64,000 nucleotides of DNA from an uncultured Candidatus Binatia bacterium (GCA_965242525.1 OZ251459.1:4032001-4096000), one strand, 5' to 3'; counted from the stretch's first letter, positions 45,845 to 55,824 are shown. Program-made: numbers and translations. The notes: generated by a model from the letters alone, not told the origin.

Positions 45845-46057
45845 TGCAACCTCGACTTGGGTTACGTACACCTCGTTGTGTAGCCGCCGTTCGATCTCCG
45901 TAGCGGAGGCTTCCTCGAAGAACAGCTCCAACGCCTCCTTCAGGTTGCTGCGCGCTTCGTCCACGGTCCCGCCCTGGCTGGCTATATCCAGCTCGGGGCA
46001 GAGTGACACGTAACCGTCGCCTTCGCGCTCTATGATTGCCGTCAACTGTCTGGTCAT
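45836..46057 (-). CDS. HicB-family antitoxin
   Basis: LTAIIEREGDGYVSLCPELDIASQGGTVDEARSNLKEALELF; GGAGG RBS. Confidence 0.88.
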   Translation of the reverse strand: MTRQLTAIIEREGDGYVSLCPELDIASQGGTVDEARSNLKEALELFFEEASATEIERRLHNEVYVTQVEVAVG

Positions 46058-46103
46058 CGTGCCCTCCTGTTTCGGAATCCGTGCTCCGGCCTTCGACTGC
46101 CGT

Positions 46104-47297
46104 TCACGGGTTTGCTCCCAACTCGCCCATTAGCCACAAGTCGCCGAGCCGGTAATCTTCCAGCCACGAGGCGAGCTTCTCCGGGTCAAGTCTTCGCAGG
46201 ACGGTTCCGGCCCCTGGCCTTTCACAGGCGATGATGGCGTCCGGCTGGTTGGTCAATGCCGAAACCAGGGCATCGGAATGCGTCGTGACCACGAGTTGCG
46301 TTCTTTCGGATGCATCGACGAGCAGGTCGGCGAGCAACGAAATCGCGTCGGGGTGCAACCCGAGCTCGGGCTCCTCGATACACACGAGGGGCGGCGGCGA
46401 TGGAGACAGCAGCGTTGCCAGGATCGCGATGAATCGAATCGTGCCGTCGGACAGCCGGGTTGCCGGTATGGGCGCCCGGAAGCCGGATTCGTGAAGGTAG
46501 AACTGTACCGTGCCGCCGGAGACCTTGGTGGACAGTCGTTCGAAGCGGGGAAAGAACTGCTTCAACATCTGGTTCAGGCGGGTCTCCCCGGCGTGTTCGA
46601 TCTGGTTCAGCACCAGCGCCAGATTACGGCTGTCCGGGAGCAGCCGGTCTTCAGGGAGGTCCGCGGGTTGCGGCTGCCGGAGCGGGACGTAGCGGCCGAA
46701 GGTCCATTCCCGGAAGGTCTGGATACTGCCGAACATCCTGCCCGTCCAGGTGACTTCCGGATACTGATCGGGGTCCTTCCGTTGCGCCAGAACGGACTGA
46801 TCGGGCAACAGGTCCTGGCGCCGAAGCTGCCGCCGGTCCATCGGTCCGCCCTTATGATCCCGAACGCTGATTGCCGGATGGCCCTGCTGGAAGCGGTAAT
46901 AGAAAAGCACGTCCGAAGCGTCCGGTCTGTAGGGGTCCCGTTCGGCCTCTTCGATTGCTTCGTCCAGGATCTCCACACGACTCTGAACCGTAGAGAACCT
47001 CAGCCGATACCGCAATGGCCGGCCGGTCGGCGTGCCGCTTTCGAGCACGGCCTCGATCTCCGCATGTCCCTTTGCATCGCCTCCCTTCCACAGCCACTCG
47101 GCCGGCCCTCCTCCGTCTCGCACCGACGCCGCGAAGTCGTGCGGAGTCGCCGATAGCAGCTCGAACGCCTCGATCAGGTTCGATTTGCCGGATCCGTTCG
47201 GCCCGATCAGTACGTTCAGGTCCCGCAACTCGAAGGCCTCCGAACCCGGGGGGAACGACAGCAACCCGTCGAGACGGATATCCTTGATGGCGATCAT
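46104..47297 (-). CDS. AAA_21/ABC-type ATPase (RecF/SMC-like)
   Basis: GPNGSGKSN, LSDGTIRF, IEEPELGLHP, VVTTHS; start MIAIKDIRL. Confidence 0.85.
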   Translation of the reverse strand: MIAIKDIRLDGLLSFPPGSEAFELRDLNVLIGPNGSGKSNLIEAFELLSATPHDFAASVRDGGGPAEWLWKGGDAKGHAEIEAVLESGTPTGRPLRYRLRFSTVQSRVEILDEAIEEAERDPYRPDASDVLFYYRFQQGHPAISVRDHKGGPMDRRQLRRQDLLPDQSVLAQRKDPDQYPEVTWTGRMFGSIQTFREWTFGRYVPLRQPQPADLPEDRLLPDSRNLALVLNQIEHAGETRLNQMLKQFFPRFERLSTKVSGGTVQFYLHESGFRAPIPATRLSDGTIRFIAILATLLSPSPPPLVCIEEPELGLHPDAISLLADLLVDASERTQLVVTTHSDALVSALTNQPDAIIACERPGAGTVLRRLDPEKLASWLEDYRLGDLWLMGELGANP

Positions 47298-47380
47298 CTG
47301 GCACCTCGTTGCGCCCTGCGCTTCTCCCTGCAACCCGGCGGGGCCGGCCGGATGCGCCGCATGAACCCTTGCCCGCCTCC

Positions 47381-50300
47381 TCAGCTTACCACGACCGGAC
47401 CCTTCTTGATCCCGTCCAGCAGTTCCCGTTCGGTCGCTTCTACCCACGACTTCACGTCCTCCGGCGTCCGCAGCGGAGGGCTTGCGAGTTTCAGGTGGCG
47501 CACCGCAGGCTCGATGAGCCGGTCGGCTTCGGCCCGGGCGTCCGCGAAGAGCTGCGGGAGGGCGGCGCTGCGCGTCCGCCAGCCATCCAGGGAGATACGC
47601 TCCAGGGACTCCAGCACTTCCCGTTCCGTGCCGGTGGCGCCCTTCGCCGCCTTTGCCATGCGCAGCCGGCCGAGTATCCCGTCGCGGGCCTCCGGTTGGA
47701 TCTTCCGCCAGCTCTCCGCGCTCGACAGGCGCTGCAACTCTTCGTCGTAGATTTCGGCGTGGCGCTTCTCCGCGTCCGCCAAGGCGGTACGGAGCGCGTC
47801 CGCCAGCTTCCCGGCGAGGTCGGGCACGGGGTCCGTCGGCGCCAGCAGGCTCCGGTTCGCGGCGACCGCCTCGATTTGCGGCCGCGCCTCCTGCGCTGCG
47901 TCCAACCCCTCGCCATGCTTGGCGAGAGCCAGCAAGCGCCGGTAGGCAGGCAGGCGCTCTTCCGCCAGGGCGCGCGCCTTGCTCCATTTCTCGAAGTTCG
48001 CAGCCAACTCGTCGTGCCGTTCGAGGATGGCCGCAAGCTGCTCGTTCCCCGCAAGCGACCCTAGGTCCGACAGGCTGCGGGTGTCGGGGCGTTCCGGCAA
48101 CGGCGCCTCGCCCCCGGTGTCCCGGGCCAACTCCCCGAGCTTCTCCAGCAACCGTCCGGCCGCCGCAGCCTCCTCGTTGGGCTTGCAATCGACCCCCGCG
48201 GTCTGGAAGAGCTTGCGCAGCTTCAGGCGCTGCCGGGTGTCGATGGTGGCGCTCTCCACCCGGAAGTCGGCGTTGGGGACCTTCGCCTGGTCGAGTTGGG
48301 GCGGGCGCAACGCCGCGCCGTTCACGACCGCGCGCAGATGCCCGGCGCCGAACAGGCTGATGAGGGCCGCGTCGATGGCGTCCCTCGGCCAGCCGTGGGG
48401 CGGGGCGGAGAAGTAGGCGCGCACCTCCTTCCCCTTCCTGCCGGAGCCCACGAAGGACAGCACCGCGGCGCACACGGGGTGGTCCTCGGTCCTGCCCGGG
48501 TGGTCCAGGACCTCCAGCGGGTGTTCGGCGCCCCCGCGGGCGCGTTCGATGGCCTTGGGCCAGCGATGGTCGTCGGCGTCGTCGAACTCGTGGAAGAGCC
48601 GGGCCAGGGAGGCGTATGCGGCTTCCTTCACCTTGTCGGGCAGGGTCGCTTCGAACCGTTCGTTGCCGCCGCCCGAGAGGACCCTCGCGCCGCCGATGAC
48701 GTCGGCCACCAGGGCGCGCAAGCCGTTCTCCGCCTCGGTGCGGCGGGTCTCCATTCCCTGGCGGGCCTCAGCGCCTTCCCGGGTCGAAGGGATGCCCTTG
48801 TAATCCAGCGTGTCGTTGGCGGCATGCCGGGTAGCGATGAGGCGCGCCAACTCATCCGCCCGGGACTTGGGCACGAACACGTGGACCGTCGGGCTGTCTG
48901 CCCCGGCCGCCCGGGCGTCGGCGACCACGCCCTTTTCCTCGGCGCCCCAGCCGTCGCGTATCCACACCGCCACTTCGGGGCCGTCGTCCGGCGGCGGCTC
49001 GGCGCCGAAGTGCAGGGAGAGCTTGCGCGGTTCCTTGCACGTTCCGTGCAGGAGCCGCATGGACCCCAACGCATCGCGCACCGCGGCGCCGAGCCGCTGG
49101 GCGCGCTTGCCGCTCATGTCCGTGAGGTCGTTGGCGAGCCGGCTCTGCCGGTTGCGGAACTCGGCCTCCCACTCGCTGCTCTCCCGCGTTTGCAGGCTGT
49201 ACTCGTCGTCCAGCTTCATCAGCGTGCCGGCCGCGGCCAACTCGTCCAGGAGCGCCGGGAGCCGCCCGCGCAACGCCGCGCCGCCCCCGGCCAGGTCCTG
49301 CACCAGCAGATCCGCCAGGGTGTCCGCGGTGGCGCGCACGCCGCTGTCCACGCCGGCCTCGCGGGGGAGCTTGCGGATCAGGAACACCAGCGCGCACAGC
49401 CGGGACTTGAGCCTCCCGTCCGCGCCGCCGTCGTCCTGGCTGACGATGGTTTCGTGGAGCTCCCGGAGCAGCACGCCGGATTGCAGCAGGTTGGCCGCGA
49501 CCTGCTCGAACAGGAAGTCGGCCGGCACCACCGTGCCCACCGGGTCGTCGGCGCTGTGGCGGATGGCGTCGTACACGATGCGGAGCTGGGTGCGGAGCTG
49601 GCCCGCGGTGCCCGCGCGATCGACCGCGCGCAGCGCCTGCTCCCAGAAGCGCCGGCGCACGGGCAGGAGCGGGTAATCCTCCACCAGGACCTGCTTGTCT
49701 TCGCCGCGGGGGGCGATCCGGGAGCCGCCCAGGTGGCGGTCGATCTCCCCTGCGCTGGCGTCCAGCGCGGCCTGGACGTGGCCCGTACGGTCCGGGCGTT
49801 TCGCGAGGACCACCCGCCGGATCACCGTCTCCACGTCGTGGTCCGACAATTCCACGTTGACCGTGAACCGTCCTTGCAGGCGTTGCAGCGCCGGGGTGCC
49901 GGAGAGCGCGGTCTGTCCGGTGCCCAGGAAGAGCAGGCGGTCGCCGAAGCGCTTGCTGCACGCCTCGACCACCTCCTGCACCACGTAGGAGCGGCCGGTG
50001 TCCTCCCCGATGTACTGCTGCACCTCGTCGAGGATGACGACCGTGCAGGGCATGTGGCCGTCGGGGGCGAGCACGTCCTTCAGGGCGTCGGTGAACTCGT
50101 CCGTCGTGATGTCCGCGGGCCTGGGAAACTGGACGCGCAGGGCCGCCCGGGCGTCCTTCTCGTTGCTTGCGAAGCCCGGGTCCGCGTCCAGCAGCGCCCG
50201 GGCGATGAGCGGGCTCACGTACAGGTCGTTCAGCTCCCGCCGGAACTCCCTCCCGGCCGCCTCGACCGCTTCCCGCACCCGGTCGTGGACGCCGTTCTTC

Positions 50301-50824
50301 CCGAGCCAGAGGCGGAAGCGCGCCTGGGGGAAGCTCTCGGGAAGCCCCGCGGACTTGAACACGATTCCGAGCAGGGCGAGCCGGACGCTGTTCCCCGCGC
50401 CGGCACCGAGGGTTCCCGCCGCGGCATGCAGCCCGTGCCCTCGCCGACCGAGGGTCGAGACCTCGGTCAACAGTTCCAGCACGTCGTCCGGCAGCCGCGC
50501 CAGCCCGCGGGCGCGGGCGCCGTCTTCGGGGAACTCGTAGTCCGTCCACAGGAAGCGCAGCATCTTCGCCAAGTGCGACTTGCCGCTGCCGAAGAAGCCG
50601 CTGACCCACGCGGCCGGCTGCTCGGGCTGGCCCTGGTGGTGGACGTAGGACTCCAGGATGCGGACGAGTCCGCTCCGGTACTGGCCCTCGCAGACGAAGT
50701 GCGTGAGCTCGAAGCGCAGCGTGCGGCGCTCGTCGCCGGTCAGGGCGTCCGTCACGGTCGCCACGCCGTTGTTCAGGAGTGCGATCTCGAAGGGGTCCCG
50801 CTGGTAGACGTCCCGGTTCTTCAT
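47381..50824 (-). CDS. brxC: BREX system P-loop ATPase BrxC
   Basis: ELTHFVCEGQY, WVSGFFGSGKSH, ILDEVQQYI, YPLLP, PPHGWPRD; ATGA-coupled to brxB. Confidence 0.9.
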   Translation of the reverse strand: MKNRDVYQRDPFEIALLNNGVATVTDALTGDERRTLRFELTHFVCEGQYRSGLVRILESYVHHQGQPEQPAAWVSGFFGSGKSHLAKMLRFLWTDYEFPEDGARARGLARLPDDVLELLTEVSTLGRRGHGLHAAAGTLGAGAGNSVRLALLGIVFKSAGLPESFPQARFRLWLGKNGVHDRVREAVEAAGREFRRELNDLYVSPLIARALLDADPGFASNEKDARAALRVQFPRPADITTDEFTDALKDVLAPDGHMPCTVVILDEVQQYIGEDTGRSYVVQEVVEACSKRFGDRLLFLGTGQTALSGTPALQRLQGRFTVNVELSDHDVETVIRRVVLAKRPDRTGHVQAALDASAGEIDRHLGGSRIAPRGEDKQVLVEDYPLLPVRRRFWEQALRAVDRAGTAGQLRTQLRIVYDAIRHSADDPVGTVVPADFLFEQVAANLLQSGVLLRELHETIVSQDDGGADGRLKSRLCALVFLIRKLPREAGVDSGVRATADTLADLLVQDLAGGGAALRGRLPALLDELAAAGTLMKLDDEYSLQTRESSEWEAEFRNRQSRLANDLTDMSGKRAQRLGAAVRDALGSMRLLHGTCKEPRKLSLHFGAEPPPDDGPEVAVWIRDGWGAEEKGVVADARAAGADSPTVHVFVPKSRADELARLIATRHAANDTLDYKGIPSTREGAEARQGMETRRTEAENGLRALVADVIGGARVLSGGGNERFEATLPDKVKEAAYASLARLFHEFDDADDHRWPKAIERARGGAEHPLEVLDHPGRTEDHPVCAAVLSFVGSGRKGKEVRAYFSAPPHGWPRDAIDAALISLFGAGHLRAVVNGAALRPPQLDQAKVPNADFRVESATIDTRQRLKLRKLFQTAGVDCKPNEEAAAAGRLLEKLGELARDTGGEAPLPERPDTRSLSDLGSLAGNEQLAAILERHDELAANFEKWSKARALAEERLPAYRRLLALAKHGEGLDAAQEARPQIEAVAANRSLLAPTDPVPDLAGKLADALRTALADAEKRHAEIYDEELQRLSSAESWRKIQPEARDGILGRLRMAKAAKGATGTEREVLESLERISLDGWRTRSAALPQLFADARAEADRLIEPAVRHLKLASPPLRTPEDVKSWVEATERELLDGIKKGPVVVS

Positions 50825-51384
50825 GCCTCGTACACTCCTCGGGGGTCCCGCAAGGTGATGGGGGTGGCCAGGTAGTTCCACCCGTCCCGCGCGTCCAGCA
50901 GCCGATAGTTGCCGTCCTCGTATTCGCCGGGAAAGAAGACCGCGATGCGGCCCTTGACGTCAGGCTCTATGGCCTGCATCAGTTCCGATACGCGGAGGAA
51001 CCCGTACAGCGAGGCGATGCCGGAGACGGCGACCACCGAGTTGTCGTCCGCCTCCGCCAGCGCTTGCCGTACCCTGTCGGCGACGTGGTTCAGAAGGTCG
51101 TCCTCCAGTTTCAGGTCCAGGTCCTGCGGAGACTCGAAGTAGCTGTCCCGATACTCGACGTCCGCCATCCACCTCGCGAACGTCCCGGTCAGGTCGCAGT
51201 CGATCCAGCCGTGTCCGAGTTCCCGGGTCGCCATTTCGAAGAGGGCCTTGCGCGCTCGCAGCCGCCGCTCGTCGCCCTTGTCATAGACGATGAAGATGGT
51301 GCGCTCCGCGCCGGCGAGGTCCTTCCGCCACGGCAGCGCGATGTGGCGCCGGTAGCGCTCAGCCAGACTGTCGATGCGCCCCAC
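50821..51384 (-). CDS. brxB: BREX BrxB (DUF1788) protein
   Basis: 187 aa; SLYGFLRVS, VFFPGEY, YRLLDARDGWNY; immediately upstream of brxC. Confidence 0.82.
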   Translation of the reverse strand: MGRIDSLAERYRRHIALPWRKDLAGAERTIFIVYDKGDERRLRARKALFEMATRELGHGWIDCDLTGTFARWMADVEYRDSYFESPQDLDLKLEDDLLNHVADRVRQALAEADDNSVVAVSGIASLYGFLRVSELMQAIEPDVKGRIAVFFPGEYEDGNYRLLDARDGWNYLATPITLRDPRGVYEA

Positions 51385-52207
51385 GGATCAACGCTCCTTC
51401 CTTCCGGGTGAACATGGCCGGAAACGACACGTCTATCATGCGTCCGGACTGTTTGAGGTCCATCAGACCGAGTCTCTTGGCCTCGACGGCGGCGTCGATC
51501 AAGCTGTCGGGATCGGAATCCAGGACCGCGGCCCACGGGGTCTCGAACAGCAAGCGCCCCCGGCGGCCCACGGCGAATCCGAGAAGCAGCGCATACGCCG
51601 CGGCCGCGGGCGTCGCCCGGACGCGCTGGCGGCTCTTTCGGCCCCTTCCCCTCAGATGGCCGGATTGCGTCCAGGACGAAGCCGCGTTGCGCACGGCCTT
51701 GTCCAGGGTGTCCTGGTTCAGACGGTCGCCGGTGGCCTCGGACAGGGCGTCCTTCATGGGTTGCCGCGAAAGCTCGTGCCCGTAGGGGGTCCGAAGGACG
51801 GCTGCCGCCGCGGCCCGGAGCAGCGGATCCCGCGCCAGTGCGAGCAGGAGCGCCAGCAAGGGACGACTCGATTCGTGGCGGGGCCACAGGTCCCTGAAGA
51901 CGCGGAACAGGATTGCCCGCGGTTCGAGGCCGTAGAGTTCCTTCAGGTGTTGCAGCGAGATCCTGCGGTTCACCGCGGTCTTCTTTCCGAGGCAGTTGCC
52001 CGCGGTGACGGCATCCGCATAGTCCCCGCGGGACGCGGCCCCGGGCACGGCCGCCAGAAGCTGCGTTATTTCGTCGAGCATGATCGTCCGGCTCGTGTGG
52101 GTCCCTCGTTCACCCGAACGGAATCCCCAGGTCGAGGCCTCGCCCGGGGGAAGGCCGACGATCCCGCGCTCGAAGTCCAGGTCCACCAAGTCGGATGTTG
52201 CAGTCAT
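51359..52207 (-). CDS. First gene of the BREX operon, BrxA-like protein
   Basis: GFRSGERGTHTSRTIML, NCLGKKT, RNAASSWTQSGHL; overlaps the brxB start; BrxA assignment is positional and the start is approximate. Confidence 0.65.
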   Translation of the reverse strand: MTATSDLVDLDFERGIVGLPPGEASTWGFRSGERGTHTSRTIMLDEITQLLAAVPGAASRGDYADAVTAGNCLGKKTAVNRRISLQHLKELYGLEPRAILFRVFRDLWPRHESSRPLLALLLALARDPLLRAAAAAVLRTPYGHELSRQPMKDALSEATGDRLNQDTLDKAVRNAASSWTQSGHLRGRGRKSRQRVRATPAAAAYALLLGFAVGRRGRLLFETPWAAVLDSDPDSLIDAAVEAKRLGLMDLKQSGRMIDVSFPAMFTRKEGALIRGAHRQSG

Positions 52208-52293
52208 GTCGGAGGGGACCGTAGCAGGTTTTGGAGCCGATGGCAAGGCGTTGATAATTATACCGGCAAACTGGCCGGTTGAATTTTCGGACT

Positions 52294-52480
52294 GGATTCC
52301 CGCTTTCGCGGGAATGACGGAGGTGGGGGTCTGCGGGAATGACAGGAGGCGGGCGTTTGCGGGAATGACGGAGGTGGGCGTGCGCGGGAATGACGGGGCG
52401 GGCGTTTGCGGAGCAATGACGGCGTGATCCTTTTCGATCCTCTTTCCATCCTGCTTCACCACACGAAAGCCGGAAGAGCC
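52294..52480 (-). mobile_element. Partial MITE-like element copy D (one end plus REP palindrome and tandem half-repeats)
   Basis: ccacacgaaagccggaagagcc ends at 52480; ggattcccgctttcgcgggaatgac followed by several gcgggaatgac half-units; second end not seen. Confidence 0.7.
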
Positions 52481-52577
52481 GGGTAAAGTTTTCGGCGAAT
52501 CGAGCTTGCGTTCGAGGGATGGCTGGACTATTAGGGCTTATCCGTTTGAGGGATCATTACGCCAAGGAGGTATTCCC

Positions 52578-53675
52578 ATGTCGGAGAAGTTCACGAGGAA
52601 GGGCCGTTTGCTGCGGTTCCTGGGCGGTCTTTCGGCTCTGGCGCTGGCGGGCTCGCTGCTCACGCCGTCCGGCGCATGGGCCCAGCGTTCCCAGGAAGAT
52701 CTGGCCAGGCTCTTCGAGTCCAAGCCGGTGACGATCATCGTGGGGTCGGCTCCCGGAGGCGGTTACGACACGTTCTCCCGGCTGGTGGCGCGTTTCGTCG
52801 GCAACTACCTGCCGGGCAACCCGTCGTTCATCGTCCGCAACGTGCCGGGGGCGGGCCAGCTCCGGGGTCTGCGCCGGGCCATGAAGGCCAAGCCGGACGG
52901 TCTGACCCTGGGACTGCTCCATCCCCGGTTCGTCCAGCGCGAGCTGGCAGGCAAGGACGTGCCGGATTTCGATCTCAAGACCGTGCGGGTGCTGGGAAGC
53001 CCCAGTTCCGGCGAGGTGCCTCGCATCTGGTGCGTCCGCCGCAGTATCGGCACGACCTACGCGGACCTGGTCAAGCGCGGCAAGCCGGTGACCAGCGGCG
53101 GCAACGCTCCGGGCGCGGCCTTCGGCATCGGCCCCCAGTTCGTGCAGGATCTGGGCGGTCCGATCAAGATGGTCTATGGCTACGGCGGCACCTCCGAGAT
53201 CATGGCCGCCTTCGACCGGGACGAGATGGAAGGCGTCGATCGCTGCGTCGAGGAGAACGTGCCGCGGCTGTTCCCGAAATGGATCACCGACAAGAAGGCG
53301 GCGCCCATCTTCTGGTGGGAAAAGGAACCCTCCAAGGACTGGCTGGGCCAGCTCGGAGCCGCCGACGTGCCGCACATCTTCGAGGTGGTGAACGCCACCG
53401 AGGAGCAGCAGAACGCCTTCCTCGTGGCCCAGAGGTTCAACACGTTCAGCCGGATCTACGTGCTCCAGCCCGGCGTCCCGAACGACGTGTACGGCGTCTG
53501 GAAGAAGGCCTTCGAGTCAACCACGAAGGACGCCGGGTTCCTGAAGGCCGCAGGGGTCGCGGGCTACGAGGTCTCGCTGGGCACCGCGGAAGACTTCAAC
53601 GATGGGCTCAAGCGCTACCAGTCCCTTACCCCGGACGGGGAAAAGCTGCTCAAGAGGCTCATGGGCATCAACTAG
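52578..53675 (+). CDS. Tripartite tricarboxylate transporter substrate-binding protein (Bug/TctC family)
   Basis: AAGGAGG RBS; signal peptide; IIVGSAPGGGYDTFSR, RNVPGAG, KPDGLTLG. Confidence 0.88.
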   Translation: MSEKFTRKGRLLRFLGGLSALALAGSLLTPSGAWAQRSQEDLARLFESKPVTIIVGSAPGGGYDTFSRLVARFVGNYLPGNPSFIVRNVPGAGQLRGLRRAMKAKPDGLTLGLLHPRFVQRELAGKDVPDFDLKTVRVLGSPSSGEVPRIWCVRRSIGTTYADLVKRGKPVTSGGNAPGAAFGIGPQFVQDLGGPIKMVYGYGGTSEIMAAFDRDEMEGVDRCVEENVPRLFPKWITDKKAAPIFWWEKEPSKDWLGQLGAADVPHIFEVVNATEEQQNAFLVAQRFNTFSRIYVLQPGVPNDVYGVWKKAFESTTKDAGFLKAAGVAGYEVSLGTAEDFNDGLKRYQSLTPDGEKLLKRLMGIN

Positions 53676-53698
53676 CCATCCCGGAAGCTGCGGGCGCG

Positions 53699-53737
53699 AA
53701 AACGGCCATCCGTCACTTGGCGGATGGCCGTTTTTTT
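53699..53737. terminator. Probable bidirectional intrinsic terminator
   Basis: aaaacggccatccg-tcacttgg-cggatggccgttttttt between convergent genes. Confidence 0.8.
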
Positions 53738-53743
53738 CCCGGG

Positions 53744-54289
53744 TCAACCCCAGAACAGCCTGAGGAGCGGGGGTTCGTGCCACGTGGCGTTCAGGAACCG
53801 GTCATAGACCAGCACGATCAGGGCCAGGAACAGGAGACCCAGGACCGAGGACCAGAACCACCCGGCGCGGCCGTACACGAGCACGTAGAAGAAGACCCAC
53901 AGCGGGACGGCGATGTGGAACCCCACCAGCCAGACCGCGGCGTAGAGGCCCAGGATGTAGAGGCAGATGCGGGCGAAGCGCATCCTCTCGCCCCCGGGGT
54001 CGGCGCCGGTTCGGAAGCCCAGGTCCATGATCTGCCCGGATGCGGGCTCCCGGGCGCTGCGCACCAGGACGACCAGGCGCAAGACCCAGAACGGCGTCCC
54101 CAACCCGATGGCGATGCGGGGCATGAGGGCCGAGCCTTCGGGCCAGGAGAAGGACTCGATGAACATGTAGAGGAAGAGCCCGCCGACCATGGCCAGCAGG
54201 ATGATCTCTCCCAGCACTTCCACGGAGAAGCCGCGCCGGGCGGTCCCCGCGGGGTCCTTGCCGGCGTTCGCCTGCCTGTTTCCATCCAT
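53744..54289 (-). CDS. Tripartite tricarboxylate transporter TctB-family protein
   Basis: TGATG overlap with the tctA stop; 181 aa, strongly hydrophobic. Confidence 0.78.
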   Translation of the reverse strand: MDGNRQANAGKDPAGTARRGFSVEVLGEIILLAMVGGLFLYMFIESFSWPEGSALMPRIAIGLGTPFWVLRLVVLVRSAREPASGQIMDLGFRTGADPGGERMRFARICLYILGLYAAVWLVGFHIAVPLWVFFYVLVYGRAGWFWSSVLGLLFLALIVLVYDRFLNATWHEPPLLRLFWG

Positions 54290-55824
54290 CAGATCTGGTC
54301 CGTCCCCGCTTCCTGCCCTTCCCCGGTGGACTCCTCCGCGGCCCTCTTGGCGCCCTGCTGCATCCGCAGGCTCACCACCATCACCAGGACCATCACTGCG
54401 ATGATGGCAAGGAACTGCGGGCGCGCGAACATGGACCAGCCATAGCTGTTGGCCGAGAGCCAGAGGTACTTCTCCACGATGTCCGCCAGCACCACCGCGA
54501 TGAGGATCGGCGGACGGGGCCAGCCGTAGCGCTTCATGAAGAGCCCCAGGACGCCGAAGGCAAGCACCAGGCCCAGGTCCTCCATGGAGTAGGTGGCCTG
54601 GTAGGCGGCGAGGGTGACCAGGCCGATGATGACCGGGGCCAGGACGTTGGGCGATATGGCCGCGATGCGCGTCATGAAAGGCGCGAACCAGAGCATGATG
54701 GGCACCACCACCACGTTCCCCAGGACGATGGTGTAAACCAGGCTGATGGTGAGGTCCAGGTTCTCGGTCAGCATGGCCGGGCCCGGCTGCACCCCGGACA
54801 GCACCAGGATCGCCAGCAGGATGGCCATGCCGCCGCTCCCCGGTATGCCGAACACCACCGTGGGGATCAGCACGCCCCCGTCCACCGAGTTGTTGGCCGA
54901 GTCCGCGGCGATGACGCCCCTCACGTCGCCCTTGCCGAAGGTCTCCATGGCGCCCTTCTCGGTATGGCGCGCCTGGGCGTAGGCGATCCAGTGGGCCCCC
55001 GACGAGCCGATGCCCGGCATCATCCCCACGAAGGTGCCGATGAGGGACGAGCGCACCAGCAGCCACTTGTTGCGAAGGGCTTCGCGCATGCCCTTGTACA
55101 CGTCCCGGTCCGCCTCCTTCAGCATGGTTTCGAGACGTTCCCGGGCGATGGGGGTGTTGGACACCACCAGGTCCACCACCTCGGGCAGCGCGAACAGGCC
55201 GATGACCACCGGGGCCAGCGGTATCCCGTCCCAGAGGTAGTCGATGCCGAAGGTGGAGCGGGCGTTGCCGCCGATGACGGAGAAACCGATCATGGAGATG
55301 GCGAGGCCGAAACAGGCCGTGAGCATGCCCTTGACGAACGCTCCCGAACTGACGATGGCCACGCACATGAGCCCCAGGAGCGACAGCAGGAAGAACTCCG
55401 CGGACCCGAAGAGCTTCAGCAGTTCCCGTGAGACGGGCAGGGCGAGGAGCAGGGCGAGGGCGCCCACGATGCCGCCCACCAGCGTGCACATGTAGCTGGC
55501 CCCCAAGGCCACGCCGGCCAGCCCCTTGCGGGACATGGGATAGCCGTCGAGGATGGTGGCCTGGGCCGAGCGGGCGCCCGGAATCCCCATGAGTATGGAG
55601 GGGACCGGCTCGGTGATGTCGCTGGCCGCCAGGAAGAACACCACCGCGGTCACCGTGATCCACGGGTCCACGTACCCGGCGAACCCCAGCAGCACCACCG
55701 CCACGGGAAGGTTCCCCCCGGGCATGAGGCCCGAGACCAGCGCAACGGGCAGCATCACCAGCATGGCCAGCAGCGGCCCGGTGGAAAAGAGCTTGTCCGC
55801 CGCGCTTATGGCAGCTTCCCACAT
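54289..55824 (-). CDS. Tripartite tricarboxylate transporter permease TctA
   Basis: GIPGARSAQATILDGYPM, GVIAADSANNSVDGGVLIPT, GWPRPP; start MWEAAISAA. Confidence 0.88.
   Translation of the reverse strand: MWEAAISAADKLFSTGPLLAMLVMLPVALVSGLMPGGNLPVAVVLLGFAGYVDPWITVTAVVFFLAASDITEPVPSILMGIPGARSAQATILDGYPMSRKGLAGVALGASYMCTLVGGIVGALALLLALPVSRELLKLFGSAEFFLLSLLGLMCVAIVSSGAFVKGMLTACFGLAISMIGFSVIGGNARSTFGIDYLWDGIPLAPVVIGLFALPEVVDLVVSNTPIARERLETMLKEADRDVYKGMREALRNKWLLVRSSLIGTFVGMMPGIGSSGAHWIAYAQARHTEKGAMETFGKGDVRGVIAADSANNSVDGGVLIPTVVFGIPGSGGMAILLAILVLSGVQPGPAMLTENLDLTISLVYTIVLGNVVVVPIMLWFAPFMTRIAAISPNVLAPVIIGLVTLAAYQATYSMEDLGLVLAFGVLGLFMKRYGWPRPPILIAVVLADIVEKYLWLSANSYGWSMFARPQFLAIIAVMVLVMVVSLRMQQGAKRAAEESTGEGQEAGTDQI

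Noticed and set aside
52294-52420. Possible mini-CRISPR of gcgggaatgac units
   Set aside because: Period is only about 25 bp, the linkers resemble each other, and the unit is half of the REP palindrome.
51359-52462. 367-aa version of the first BREX gene with an N-terminal SVIPAKAGI repeat
   Set aside because: The extension is translated REP/MITE sequence; the real start is probably near 52207.
12034-52480. Giant composite transposon bounded by MITE ends
   Set aside because: Flanks (aaactccg vs gggtaaag) show no target duplication, and the interval includes housekeeping-type genes such as topB.
53744-55822. 692-aa ORF as a single gene
   Set aside because: Only the last 181 aa (from ATG 54289) look real (TctB); the rest is an off-frame overlap of tctA.
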